Assembly: GCA_019058275.1 (NCBI GenBank) | Contig: JAHLVW010000061.1 | Location: 38,004 to 102,003 of the forward strand | DNA: 64,000 nucleotides | Source of the DNA: Candidatus Heimdallarchaeota archaeon | Lineage (GTDB): Archaea; Asgardarchaeota; Heimdallarchaeia; JABLTI01 | Direction of reading: 5' to 3' | Shown here: positions 18,573-29,224 of the stretch, piece by piece | How positions within the stretch are numbered: the first letter of the stretch is position 1 | How the letters are laid out: every line of letters starts with the position of its first letter | Notes under the pieces: model-generated | What the model saw: the letters and a program-made list of their open reading frames with translations, nothing else | The model's database searches: none | Told to the model about the DNA's origin: nothing | Program-made: the position numbers and the translations under genes

Positions 18573-19658
18573 GTGAAGAAATATATGAATGTAGAAACAA
18601 ACCATCATAAAAAACAACGAAAACTTATTACTGGTAATTTAAAAAAACTTGAACAAAAAGTAATAGATTTCTACTTGGAATTTGGTCGAAAATCGAGTCT
18701 AAATTTGAAATTGATAGAAATCTATGCTTATTTTCGAATATATGATACATTAACTCAAAAGCAATTAAAACAATTAACTGGTTTTTCTGCTAGTACAATT
18801 TCTGCAGCATTACAATCATTCCTACAATCTGGCATGCTAACCAGAGATTTTTTACCGAACACTCATACGAATATCTATACATTATTGAAAATGGAGTACA
18901 TTTATGCTTATTCAGCAAATTCTAATTTTTATAGGAAATTAGAACAGAGCGATCTATTTATTCATGACCTGCAAGAAAGATCTAAAGACTTGTTAAATAA
19001 ATATCCATCCTTAATCAAAATATTTCATAAAAGATTGAATGGGTTTCGAAATTACATTGAGGTGCAAAGACGAGTTTTTACAGGTAAAAGTAAAAATCAG
19101 TTCTTTAGTGAAGATGTTTCTGAATTAATTTCAACCGATGAATATACACACTATCCTTCAGAACTAAGAAAATATGAAGATGAATTTGTGAATTATTTTG
19201 TCAGGAATGAGATGTTTATAGTAAATGATCCAATAATTAACAAAATTCTTTCCTATTTAACTACAAGAGCAAGGATCAATCAAGAAATTCTACTTAATCT
19301 TACAGGTTTTTCAAGAAGCTCAATATCACGAAATTTGGTAGGATATGGAACTAGAGGATATGTTAGCATTTCAAAGAAGGAATACATGAAACCTAGAGTA
19401 TATACAATTCCTATTATATCACTTTATTTACTAGATGTGGTTATAAGATACAATAAAAGAATCTTTGATTGGATTCCGATATTTGAGGAATCTTTAGTAG
19501 ATTTAACTACTTTGAATTTTAAAGATCAAGATTCTAAGTTTTTGCTAACTAAAACAATAAAGCGAATTTTAGAAGAGATTCAATTTTTGAAGAAAAATTA
19601 TCTGTTGTTGACAGAAATACAGATGGAGCTTCAAAACTTCCAAACTAAAAATGGATAA
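18573..19658 (+). CDS. Transcriptional regulator with two GbsR/MarR-like winged HTH domains
   Basis: LTQKQLKQLTGFSASTIS repeated as INQEILLNLTGFSRSSIS. Confidence 0.8.
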   Translation: MKKYMNVETNHHKKQRKLITGNLKKLEQKVIDFYLEFGRKSSLNLKLIEIYAYFRIYDTLTQKQLKQLTGFSASTISAALQSFLQSGMLTRDFLPNTHTNIYTLLKMEYIYAYSANSNFYRKLEQSDLFIHDLQERSKDLLNKYPSLIKIFHKRLNGFRNYIEVQRRVFTGKSKNQFFSEDVSELISTDEYTHYPSELRKYEDEFVNYFVRNEMFIVNDPIINKILSYLTTRARINQEILLNLTGFSRSSISRNLVGYGTRGYVSISKKEYMKPRVYTIPIISLYLLDVVIRYNKRIFDWIPIFEESLVDLTTLNFKDQDSKFLLTKTIKRILEEIQFLKKNYLLLTEIQMELQNFQTKNG

Positions 19659-19666
19659 TTTTCAAG

Positions 19667-20242
19667 TTATTTCTTTAGAAGTCTTTCAGCTTCTTTAAAC
19701 CATTTATCTAAAATTGATTCATAGATAATTTGACCAAATTTCATTGTTAAGTAATAGTATTTGTGATCCTCTTCCTTTTCTAAGTTCCTTAGTAAATTCT
19801 GTTCATAACCTTTGAATAAATCTGATGTATGAGTCAGCCATTTCTCAAGAAGCATTATATTGTATTGTGTTTTTTCTTTATGGATAGAACCACCGAAATA
19901 GAGCTTTAGCAGAAATTCTTGAAATAAAGTAAAACTATAATTTGTTTTTTCAAATTTCAATGGTTCACCCATCCAGATTTCGAGCTTTTCTTTTCCTTTT
20001 CTAGTTATTTTATGGATTTTCTTACTTGGTCTATTACCTACTTTTACTTCCTTCATTGTCACTAGCTCTTCTTTTTCGAGTTTCTTTAATGTTGAATATA
20101 TTTGGGTAAAACTTGTTTTCTTCCAGAAGAAGCTTATTTGTCTTTCAATTAGCTGTTTAATATCATATCCTGATAATTTTTCATGATTAAGCAATCCTAG
20201 TATGATATACTCGAGATTGCTTTCCTTTGGAACCCTTGGCAT
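19667..20242 (-). CDS. PadR-family transcriptional regulator
   Basis: ILGLL...SGYDIK, QIYSTLKKLE, ITRKGKEKL. Confidence 0.93.
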   Translation of the reverse strand: MPRVPKESNLEYIILGLLNHEKLSGYDIKQLIERQISFFWKKTSFTQIYSTLKKLEKEELVTMKEVKVGNRPSKKIHKITRKGKEKLEIWMGEPLKFEKTNYSFTLFQEFLLKLYFGGSIHKEKTQYNIMLLEKWLTHTSDLFKGYEQNLLRNLEKEEDHKYYYLTMKFGQIIYESILDKWFKEAERLLKK

Positions 20243-20376
20243 TTTTAATCCTCACTCTATTTATTTGTTTAACTAATATATATATTTTATTTTAAAATAT
20301 TTTAAATAAGAATATTTTTATATAAAATAGATACAAGCAAAGCTAAATAGAACACAAGATTTGGTTTGTATGAAAA

Positions 20377-21213
20377 ATGACAATGATTGAAGAAGTAAAA
20401 ACCAGTCGATTGAAAACAAAGGTTAAACACCCCAAAAGGCAGATGGCAAGGAAGATTCTAATCTTTGTTTCATTTATGCTTTTCCCAGTTACTATATTTT
20501 ATTTATCCCCTTATTTGAGCTTTGCAGGTCCAATGCAGGGATACATTTCAGCGTGTTTATTTGTTTTTGGATCATTATTTATCCTATCATTATTTGTTGG
20601 TCGATTGTTTTGTAGCTATGTTTGTCCGATGGCAGGTATGCAAGAAGCTATAAGTAAAATACAAGCTAGAAGAATTAATAGGAAATCATTCTTTGTTAAA
20701 TGATTAATATTTATTCCATGGATTATAGTGATAATATTATTACCAATTTTATTTGCTAAAGGATTTAATGGTGTAAAAATCTTCTTTGGTATGGAAAATG
20801 AAGAACTTGGTCTTCCGGGCATATCCATATTATCTTTACAAGACATAATAATCTATTACATAGTTAATTCAGTCATACTCCTAATGGGATTCATTATTGG
20901 TAAGAGATCCTTCTGCCAACATATGTGTTGGATTGGTCCATTTATGATCATTGGTCGAAAGATTAGCAATTGGCTACGAATTCCTTCATTGAGATTAAAA
21001 CCTGAGAATAAGAAATGTATTGATTGTAAGCGTTGTAATCTCACTTGTATTATGAATTTAGATGTAAGCAATCTTGTTCAACATGGTAACATGGAAGATA
21101 GCAATTGCATTCTCTGTGGCGAGTGTATTGATGAATGTCCGAAAAACGTTATTCATTATACTTTTTGTTCGCAAAAGAAAGCTCAAGTCCCAGAAGTAGC
21201 TATTGAAAAATAG
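20377..21213 (+). pseudogene. Membrane 4Fe-4S binding protein (NapH/MauN-like), in-frame TGA
   Basis: GRLFCSYVCP and RSFCQHMCW motifs plus 2x4Fe-4S C-terminus in one frame, split by TGA at 20701-20703 (FVK*LIFIPW). Confidence 0.85.
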
Positions 21214-21255
21214 TATTGGAATCACTAGCATGTGATTACCAATAATTTTCTTTTT

Positions 21256-21894
21256 TTATCTTTGATTATAATCACTTATTACTTTACTACCATTTGCTTC
21301 TAAATTAGACAAAATCCCTTTTACCTTCTTATGTATAGTAGTTCGAAAATCAAGATGTATCTCTTCTAGCAATTTTAGCTCTATCAAATCATATGGCAGA
21401 GTATGGATTTGGTTATTATGAAGATAAATCCTCCTTAACAAAGTGCATTTACTTAATGAGCTTGGTATAGAATATAATTGATTGTTATTTAGATGCAATT
21501 CTCTGAGAAGTGGTAATTCACCAATCCAATTTGGCAATCGGGAAAGATTATTCCTACTAACATTTAATATCGATATTTTCTTCAAGCTCAGAAGTAACTC
21601 TGGCATATCAATCAATTCGTTCCCTGAGATATTTAGAGAAATGATTTCTTTTAGTTGACTAATAATTTCTGGAATGTTTTTTAAGTTCAAATTTGCTAAA
21701 CTTAATGCTATTATGTCAGTTTCTCCTTGAGTGTAATAGAGATTCTTCTTTTTTATTATATCAGATTCTTCTTCGATTTCTAGCTTTATTATCTTCTCGA
21801 TTTTATGAAGAATAGCTCTTTGATCAGAATCAAGAATATTTGATTTCTGATTATCTCTTCCTTCCATTTTATCACCATGATTCATTTTGCCCAA
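21256..21894 (-). CDS. Leucine-rich repeat protein
   Basis: Repeated LxxLxLxxNxLxxLP units. Confidence 0.9.
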   Translation of the reverse strand: MGKMNHGDKMEGRDNQKSNILDSDQRAILHKIEKIIKLEIEEESDIIKKKNLYYTQGETDIIALSLANLNLKNIPEIISQLKEIISLNISGNELIDMPELLLSLKKISILNVSRNNLSRLPNWIGELPLLRELHLNNNQLYSIPSSLSKCTLLRRIYLHNNQIHTLPYDLIELKLLEEIHLDFRTTIHKKVKGILSNLEANGSKVISDYNQR

Positions 21895-23072
21895 TTTAAA
21901 TAAAATGAGATGTAAAATTCAGTTGCTTTTAGTAGGTGTTCAATTGGTACCTGTTCCTCAATAGTATGAGCAAATCGTTCATCTCCTGGACCAAAACCTA
22001 CTGTTGGTATATCATGCAATCCTTTTGTTGCCACACCATTTGTTGAAAATCGCCAATAATTGATTGATGGTTCTTCATCAAATTGTTCTTTAAAACAGTT
22101 GCAAGCTTTTTGAATCAATGGATCTGATTCATCCATCTTCCAACTTGGGTAATAGCTATTGATATTGTATTCATAACCCTTATAGCTTTTAGCTGAAAAT
22201 TCTGGAACAATTACTTTTGCTTCTGCTTCCAAAACAGGTTTTTGATTTTTAAGTTCTTGAAGTACACTTTCCTTTGTATCATTGATTCCTAAACGTCTAT
22301 CTACATGAATGGTACAGCTGTCTGCAACAGCATTTAATGATACAGAAGATGATTCTATTTCAGTTACTGTTATTGATCCCTTTCCAAATAATGGATCCTT
22401 AGGAAGTTTATTATGTAATTTTTCAATTTCAGAAAGTATTGGATTCATCAGATAAATTGCATTTATACCTAAATCTGGTTCAGCTCCATGACTCGAGAGC
22501 CCTTTAACTTCTATTTTTATATCCATTCTTCCACGATGACCGATAATTATTTGTAAATTGGAAGGTTCTGTTAATAAAACAGCATCAGTTTTAATTTTTT
22601 CTTTTTCAATAATATGTTGCCAATTCATTCCTTCATATGTCTCTTCATGAACACTTGCAACAAAGTACAATTTTAGATCTTTAGGAAATCCTATTTCTTT
22701 TAATATTTTTACAGCTAGTAGAGATGTTGCTAATCCCCCCTTTTGATCACATGACCCCCGTCCATAGATATTTCCATCATGTATGGATCCTCCCAAAGGA
22801 TCAAACTTCCAATTTCCTTCTTTCCCAATTTCAACTGTATCAACATGTCCATCGATTGCTAACACTCTTTTTCCATTGCCAATTTTACCAATTAAGTTTC
22901 CCATTTCATCAATTTTTACTTCATCAAAACCATAATTCTTCATTTCTTCAGCAACTACTTTAATCATATCCCCTTCATTCCCAGTTATTGATTTAATTCC
23001 AATTAGCTTTTGAACTAGCTTGATAATAGTCTCCTTATTTGCTTCAACTAATTTTTTGATTTCTTTCTTCAT
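21882..23072 (-). CDS. M20 metallohydrolase, YgeY/ArgE-DapE family
   Basis: DGHVDTV, GRGSCDQKGG, HEE, TEPS, GHRGR, FSTNGV, GFGPGDE..AH. Confidence 0.9.
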   Translation of the reverse strand: MKKEIKKLVEANKETIIKLVQKLIGIKSITGNEGDMIKVVAEEMKNYGFDEVKIDEMGNLIGKIGNGKRVLAIDGHVDTVEIGKEGNWKFDPLGGSIHDGNIYGRGSCDQKGGLATSLLAVKILKEIGFPKDLKLYFVASVHEETYEGMNWQHIIEKEKIKTDAVLLTEPSNLQIIIGHRGRMDIKIEVKGLSSHGAEPDLGINAIYLMNPILSEIEKLHNKLPKDPLFGKGSITVTEIESSSVSLNAVADSCTIHVDRRLGINDTKESVLQELKNQKPVLEAEAKVIVPEFSAKSYKGYEYNINSYYPSWKMDESDPLIQKACNCFKEQFDEEPSINYWRFSTNGVATKGLHDIPTVGFGPGDERFAHTIEEQVPIEHLLKATEFYISFYLNWAK

Positions 23073-23254
23073 TTTAAATCACTAATCCATTAGAATCTAA
23101 ATTTCATTCAAGAATTTTTTCCATGTATGATAAAACTACACTATCTATTTTCAAGAGTGGTAAAAAGGTGTTCATATGAGCTCACTTTCTTAATATTATG
23201 TGTTCACTATAAAGGAAATTAAATCAAACTAATAAGGACCAAAGTGGGATTAAT

Positions 23255-24253
23255 ATGTCAAATATAGAAAACGCAAGTGATTCAGAAGTTTTTATTTTGA
23301 AGAAAGATGAAAATGATGATTTTGTTGACCTTATGATAACTTGTTTTAGTGAAGGTTTAGAACGCGAACGTGTAAACGTTAATGAAATTGCTAAAATTAT
23401 GAAGAAAATCAACAAACCGATTTTTCGTCTTATAATGAAGATTATGAAAGTGAAAATGTTCAACTATGGAATAAAAATTGAGAATAAACTAGTAAGTGCT
23501 CTCACACTATCCATTGAAAAGAAAACAGCTACAATTGGTAATGTAATGACACATCCAGATTATCGAAGAAGAGGATTTGCTCGTAAACTGTTCCAAAGAG
23601 CTATGAATGATGCTGAAGGATTTGATTTAGAAAAGGTTACATTGGATGTTCATGCTCAAAATCACGGAGCTATAAAATTATATGAAAGTGAAGGTTTTAA
23701 GAAATATTATCATGTTGGAAAAGCTGAATTCAATCTTTCAGAAAAAGAACTACATTCAGATGATAATTCTGTTGATTTAAAAGAAATAAGTAAAATTGAT
23801 AAAGATTATTTTGATGAATTATTAGATTATTGTTACACTCAAGAAATGTTAAAAGAACGAAACAGGAAAAAAATGGCTAAGGATTATATTCCTTCGAGAT
23901 TCATTAAATTTCTAGCTGGTAAAGTTGGAGGACAAAAATTATTCTTTTATGGATTATATTCCAATAAAGAAAATCAATTAAAAGGATATATGAATGCAAA
24001 TACTTCAAAAATTGAAGAAGGAATTAATCTTTCATCTCCTTTAGTAAAAACTCATGATATTGATTTTATTTTTTCTGCTTTACCAAAAATAGCTGAATTA
24101 GTTGACAAAGAATCTAAATATCTAAGGATCAAATTTTCAATGCATAGGAAAGGATTACAAGACAACCTTTTAAAAGTTGGATTTGAAATGAAAGATGAAT
24201 CTCTCTACATGCGTAGGAAATTAAAGTTACAGGATAAGGATAAAAATGAATGA
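23255..24253 (+). CDS. GNAT-family N-acetyltransferase
   Basis: NVMTHPDYRRRGFA and NHGAIKLYESEGF. Confidence 0.88.
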   Translation: MSNIENASDSEVFILKKDENDDFVDLMITCFSEGLERERVNVNEIAKIMKKINKPIFRLIMKIMKVKMFNYGIKIENKLVSALTLSIEKKTATIGNVMTHPDYRRRGFARKLFQRAMNDAEGFDLEKVTLDVHAQNHGAIKLYESEGFKKYYHVGKAEFNLSEKELHSDDNSVDLKEISKIDKDYFDELLDYCYTQEMLKERNRKKMAKDYIPSRFIKFLAGKVGGQKLFFYGLYSNKENQLKGYMNANTSKIEEGINLSSPLVKTHDIDFIFSALPKIAELVDKESKYLRIKFSMHRKGLQDNLLKVGFEMKDESLYMRRKLKLQDKDKNE

Positions 24254-24830
24254 TCATAAACAACCAAAAGAAGATGAAATGAATATTATCGAAATGCAAT
24301 ATCCCAATCTTGACGATTTTAAAGCAGAAGGATTGATTTTGGATATTGGCGGTGGAGGGGAAGGCATTATTGGACAAATGAAGGGCAAACTAGTTATTGC
24401 TATTGATAAGTCAAAAAGAGAATTAGAAGAAGCACCAAGTGACAATTTGAAAATTGTAATGGATGCAACAGATTTACAGTTTTTGGACAACTCATTTGAG
24501 ACAGTAACAGCATTCTTTACACTTATGTATATGCTTGAAGAGACAAGAGAGAAAACCTTCAAAGAAGTTTTTCGCGTCTTGAAACCTGGTGGAAGATTCC
24601 TTATATGGGATGTAATTATTCCAGAAATGGATGAAGAAGAGAAAAAGAAATCCTATGTTGTTCCTATTGAAGTAAAACTTCAAGATAAAACCATAAAAAC
24701 TGGGTATGGTGTTAGAAGACCAGCTCAAGATAAGGAATACTACAAGAAATTAGCAAAGAAGACTGATTTCAATTTACTAGTAGAGTCGGAAAAAGATCTA
24801 ATATATTATCTTGAATTTCAGAAAAAGTAG
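24246..24830 (+). CDS. Class I SAM-dependent methyltransferase
   Basis: ILDIGGGGEG, MDATDLQF, RVLKPGG. Confidence 0.9.
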   Translation: MNDHKQPKEDEMNIIEMQYPNLDDFKAEGLILDIGGGGEGIIGQMKGKLVIAIDKSKRELEEAPSDNLKIVMDATDLQFLDNSFETVTAFFTLMYMLEETREKTFKEVFRVLKPGGRFLIWDVIIPEMDEEEKKKSYVVPIEVKLQDKTIKTGYGVRRPAQDKEYYKKLAKKTDFNLLVESEKDLIYYLEFQKK

Positions 24831-24863
24831 ATTAAAGAAATTATCCAAGTGAATAATTTTCTT

Positions 24864-25616
24864 TTATTTCTTTATTTTCTTACCAAGTGAAGCTAAGTAA
24901 ATTACAAATTGTTCTTCGCCATCTAACGCTAAAACTTCATTCATTTTTTCATCTAAATATGCAGCAATAGCACAAACACCTGAATCAACGTTTTCAGCTG
25001 CTAAGTAAAGATTTTGACATACATGACCCACATCTAAGTGTAGGTATCTGTAAGCACGCACTTGATATCTCCAGGTAATTCTATAAGGAACAGCAACCCA
25101 AATGAAAGTTGCAGCACAATGCTTAACCATGCTTTGGCCATAAGCACCTTCAACAATCCTATCAGCAATATTTTCATCCAAATTATGTTCAATTAGCTTA
25201 TGATCTAGTGCAAGATAACGATAAACACCAGGTTTTAATCCTTCTACTCTATTTGCAAGAATGTAAGTTTCAAATGCATGTCTTGAACCAGCAGATGGAA
25301 CTGTTCTTTTGGTCCAAACACCGCCAACTTCTTTTACTCCTTGTGTGCTCCATAGTAACCATGCTAATTCTTCAAGAGTTAAGGAATCATCACGGTATTT
25401 CCTAACGCTTTCTCTTTTTTCAATCGCTTCTCTTAAGTCAACTTTAGGAACATTGATTTTATCTGGTTTTGGCAAATCTATTAGTGGTTTAGATTTATCA
25501 TAATCAAGCTGTAGTAGAGGTTTCTCTAATTTCTTTTTTTGATCAGATTCTCCTAAGTATTTGTATTTTGTTTTTTCCATGAATTCTTTTCCAATATTAT
25601 CCTTCATCGCTTTCAC
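24864..25616 (-). CDS. SagB/ThcOx-type nitroreductase-family protein
   Basis: RESVRKY, RTVPSAGSRH, DVGHVCQNLYLAA. Confidence 0.9.
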   Translation of the reverse strand: MKAMKDNIGKEFMEKTKYKYLGESDQKKKLEKPLLQLDYDKSKPLIDLPKPDKINVPKVDLREAIEKRESVRKYRDDSLTLEELAWLLWSTQGVKEVGGVWTKRTVPSAGSRHAFETYILANRVEGLKPGVYRYLALDHKLIEHNLDENIADRIVEGAYGQSMVKHCAATFIWVAVPYRITWRYQVRAYRYLHLDVGHVCQNLYLAAENVDSGVCAIAAYLDEKMNEVLALDGEEQFVIYLASLGKKIKK

Positions 25617-25729
25617 CTTAAAATAGAAATATCACTTATTAATCTCATAGATAACCATATGTAAGTAAAGAAAGTTTTGGGTGCTCGAAAAAGAAAAATA
25701 CTTAATCAAGCATCATAATTTCTAAGGTT

Positions 25730-26269
25730 TTGATGTTTATGGAAGAGCCAGTAATTATCTGTGAATATAGTTCAGAATGGATTAATCTTTTTGAAAAAGA
25801 GAAAAAATCAATACTAAATACTGTGGGAGAATATACTAACACAATAGAACATATTGGCAGCACAGCAATAGAAGGTTTAGCAGCAAAACCAATAATTGAT
25901 ATCCTAGTTGGTTTGAATTCTTTAGAGGATGCGAAAGATTGTATACCAAAACTTGAAGAATTAAATTATGAATATGTCCAAGAAGTTGAATTAATACTTC
26001 CATACAGACGATTTTTTAGAAAACCACCAAAAAGTACAGCTGAAAGAAAATATCATATTCATATGGTTGAAATTAATAGCGATTTTTGGATTAGACAGTT
26101 GCTTTTTAGAGATTATTTACGTAGCAACCCTAAAATTCTCCAAGAGTATGAAACAATAAAGAAATTACTTGCCAAAAAATATCCTAACAATCGTGGTAAC
26201 TATAATATGGGAAAAGAAGGTTTTGTTCTGCTAGTTGTTGAAAAAGCCAAGCAAGAAACTAAAAAATGA
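25730..26269 (+). CDS. GrpB/UPF0157 nucleotidyltransferase-like protein
   Basis: EHIGSTAI.GLAAKPIIDI, HIHM, FRDYLR. Confidence 0.92.
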   Translation: MMFMEEPVIICEYSSEWINLFEKEKKSILNTVGEYTNTIEHIGSTAIEGLAAKPIIDILVGLNSLEDAKDCIPKLEELNYEYVQEVELILPYRRFFRKPPKSTAERKYHIHMVEINSDFWIRQLLFRDYLRSNPKILQEYETIKKLLAKKYPNNRGNYNMGKEGFVLLVVEKAKQETKK

Positions 26270-27112
26270 TTAGGACCCATATGCTCTTTTTTCATATTCT
26301 GCTGATTTGTCATAATCTTCAGCTTCTTCATAAGCAGAAGCTAGATTATGTAGAGCTTCAAAATACTCTGGTTCAATATCTACTGCTTTTTTGAAGCATT
26401 CAATTGCTCCAGATAAATCACCTATCATTGCAAAGACAACTCCTAGATTATTATAAGCAAGATGATATTGTGGATTTAATTTAATTGATCTTTCAAAAAG
26501 CTTAATCGCTTTCTCATATTTTTTACGATCAACTAAAATCAAACCAAAGAAATTATATGGTTCGTAATAATTTGGATCAATAGCTAATGCTTTTTTGAAG
26601 AATTTTATTGCTTCTTCTTGATCACCAAGTTGCATATATGCTCTCCCTAAAGTATTGTATGCAATGTGATAATTGGAATTAATAATTAAAGCTCTTTGAC
26701 AAACATCTATTGCTTGTTGATAATTTCCTTGCTCAATATAACTGATTCCTAAATTGACCATTGCTTCATAGTAATCAGGTTTTATATCAAGTGCTTCTAA
26801 GAAACAAGCAATTGCAATGTCATCTTGATCTAGTTTAGAATAATTTGTCCCTAAATTCACCAATGCTTCCGGATAATCTGGATTAATCTCGAGAGCTTTT
26901 CTGTAGCATTCAATACCTTCTGTTTGATTATCTTTACAGTCATAGGCTAATCCTAAAAGAAACCAAGCACGACAATTTTCTGGTTGTAGTTCAATTGCTT
27001 TTTGGAAAAACTCTAACGCATTTTCAAACTTACCACTTTGAATACCAGCAACTAACCCCATCTCGAGTAATTCTTCAGGATTTTCTATCTCTTTTATACC
27101 CCTGTTAGCCAT
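26270..27112 (-). CDS. Tetratricopeptide repeat protein
   Basis: About 8 TPR units (A..NLG....G....A...F.KA..I.P); start placed at ATG 27112 after GAGGAG. Confidence 0.9.
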   Translation of the reverse strand: MANRGIKEIENPEELLEMGLVAGIQSGKFENALEFFQKAIELQPENCRAWFLLGLAYDCKDNQTEGIECYRKALEINPDYPEALVNLGTNYSKLDQDDIAIACFLEALDIKPDYYEAMVNLGISYIEQGNYQQAIDVCQRALIINSNYHIAYNTLGRAYMQLGDQEEAIKFFKKALAIDPNYYEPYNFFGLILVDRKKYEKAIKLFERSIKLNPQYHLAYNNLGVVFAMIGDLSGAIECFKKAVDIEPEYFEALHNLASAYEEAEDYDKSAEYEKRAYGS

Positions 27113-27315
27113 TCTTTTTTCTCCTCTTTTTTTCTGGTATTCAATTTTTATTATTTCAATATTAACTAAGACATACATACATATTTGTCAAATAATAACT
27201 TTTAACAGTAAAAGCTAATTTAGTGAGTTCTACTTCTAAAGTTTGAATCTATATATAATTCAATTTCGAAATGGGCAAATTTCGTGACAAAAAATGAGAA
27301 GAATATCTGGTTTTC

Positions 27316-27735
27316 TTAGATTTTACCAGTAATTTTCATGTGTTCAACTTTTAAGCATTTATTCATTACAAATTTGATATTGTGTTCTTCTGCGATTTTT
27401 TTCGCTTCATCATTTGAAATACCTAGTTGTAACCAGATGAGTTTTGGTTTAATTTTTACAGCACTTTCAACAACTTTTGGTGTTTCTTCACTCGAACGAA
27501 AGACATCAACAATATCGATTGGAATTGGAATCTCTGCCAGACTACGATAAACTTTCTCTCCAAAGATTTTATCAGCAGAAGGATTTACAGGTATGATTTT
27601 ATAACCTTGATCTTTCAAATATTTAGGAATCGCATGAGCTGCTTTTTCAGGATTTCTTGATGCACCTACAACAGCAATAGTTTTACTTTCTTTAATTATT
27701 TTAACAATTTCTTTTTCTAAACTCATTTTCATCAC
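27316..27735 (-). CDS. CoA-binding protein (YccU-like)
   Basis: IAVVGAS, PVNP, DIVDVFR, IWLQLGI. Confidence 0.92.
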   Translation of the reverse strand: MMKMSLEKEIVKIIKESKTIAVVGASRNPEKAAHAIPKYLKDQGYKIIPVNPSADKIFGEKVYRSLAEIPIPIDIVDVFRSSEETPKVVESAVKIKPKLIWLQLGISNDEAKKIAEEHNIKFVMNKCLKVEHMKITGKI

Positions 27736-27817
27736 AGATTATAGTTAGATATGATTATTTAAAATATTAATTAGTTAAAATGTATACCCTAGGTTTTAGC
27801 AAAAACTCCCGGGATTG

Positions 27818-28981
27818 TTAGAGAAATAGATCATATTCCCCAATCTCAAAGTCTTCCTTGGAACGCCAATAATTTTGAAATGCTTCTAAGCAACATAATT
27901 TTGATGCTCCAATAAAAGGCATTAAATCAGAATTTTGTGAGCTGTGTATACAAATGGAGTCTTTTTGATTTGGCATTGAAGACTTCAATTCATCTTCTAT
28001 CCTTTTCTTCAATCCAATAAATTTCGTTCCACCACCTGTTAAGCAGATATTCCCACACATTTCATCCCATAATTTAGTATTTAGACTCTTAATAACATAC
28101 ACAATTGCTTGAGATAGTGTTACCTCATTCATATCGTATTTGTTTCCTTCAAAGTCACTTCTTGGGCATGATTCAACTTTTTCTGAGAAAAATTTCTTGA
28201 AGAAGAAAAGTTCTGGTAATTTCCATCTTTCAGATCCAAGTTTGAAGACATCTTTTCCGATAGAATAGCTTATTGTCTTATCTTCACTATCAGCTATTTT
28301 TTGGTTATGATTTCTAACATAGCAGTAATTTTCTTTTATATCTCTAACAAACATAGCATCAATAGAACCCTCATATCCTTGTTTTTGTAACCAAGTTCCA
28401 AGTTGCAATGTTAACTCAAAACCACCAAACGAAATCTGAGCAACATGTTCCCATAATATTGCTGTTTGGTATATTGGTACAATTCGTATTTGTGAAAACC
28501 CTATGTCAACAATTAATGCAGTCAATTTCCTTATCTGTGGTACAAATGCTACTAATGAGAGAAATGGATCTGAAACAACAGCTAGCTTCTCAGCTAGAAA
28601 TTCATCATAGAAATAGTCTTGAACTAAATCTCTAAATGGGCATTCTGTTAATTCAGCTGTTGGTAAACTTAGCAGTATTGGATTATGAACAGGATTTATT
28701 TTTAGTTTTTTTACACTTACTTGCCAATAAGCTTTTAACAATTCTTCATTTGTTGGAGTGCTCCCATCAAGTGGAAAACGCCTAATCCTAGTTCTTAAAT
28801 CAACAAGTTGTTCTGGGAAGACAAGACGAGGATACTTCTCTCCACAAATTCCAATTTTTGTACTTGATGCACCATGAATAATAAGTACTGGTGTTAAATC
28901 CAATTCAACCTTAGGTTCATCTTCAATTGCTATTTTGCGTTTGTCTTGTCTTTTCAATCTGCTGGAAAACAAATGTATCAA
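27818..28981 (-). CDS. Divergent actin-related protein
   Basis: TKIGICGEKYPRLVFP (actin CKAGFAGDDAPRAVFP), IVDIG...VPIY, VRDIKENYCYV, LGSERWKLPELFF, NICLTGGGT, IGASKL...FQNYWRSKEDF. Confidence 0.85.
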   Translation of the reverse strand: MIHLFSSRLKRQDKRKIAIEDEPKVELDLTPVLIIHGASSTKIGICGEKYPRLVFPEQLVDLRTRIRRFPLDGSTPTNEELLKAYWQVSVKKLKINPVHNPILLSLPTAELTECPFRDLVQDYFYDEFLAEKLAVVSDPFLSLVAFVPQIRKLTALIVDIGFSQIRIVPIYQTAILWEHVAQISFGGFELTLQLGTWLQKQGYEGSIDAMFVRDIKENYCYVRNHNQKIADSEDKTISYSIGKDVFKLGSERWKLPELFFFKKFFSEKVESCPRSDFEGNKYDMNEVTLSQAIVYVIKSLNTKLWDEMCGNICLTGGGTKFIGLKKRIEDELKSSMPNQKDSICIHSSQNSDLMPFIGASKLCCLEAFQNYWRSKEDFEIGEYDLFL

Positions 28982-29224
28982 CCTTATTTCAGTGTAGTAT
29001 CAAGATTACTTGATCAAGAGTATCCTCTAATGATAGTTAGATAACTAATTTCACATAAAAAAAGGATTTTGTTGGTAGAAATTCATGGAATCTATTTTGT
29101 TACATGAAATAAAGTTTTTTAACCAATTATTTTATCAATGATTTCTGAATAGAATTATTCCTCTATTATATGAAGCAGGTTCAATTATCTTTAAGATAGT
29201 TAATAATTCAAGCTGTGAGAATTT

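Noticed and set aside
20260-20340. PadR operator palindromes
   Set aside because: The region is almost pure A/T, so palindromes are expected by chance
20701-20703. In-frame TGA as selenocysteine
   Set aside because: Context (FVK*LIFIPW) is the start of a TM helix where Trp (TGG) fits, not a Cys/redox motif; no SECIS recognised; HdrA and MvhD, typical archaeal selenoproteins, have Cys here
24864-25616. SagB-like gene as part of an azole RiPP cluster
   Set aside because: No YcaO, E1-like protein or precursor nearby; stand-alone members are common in archaea
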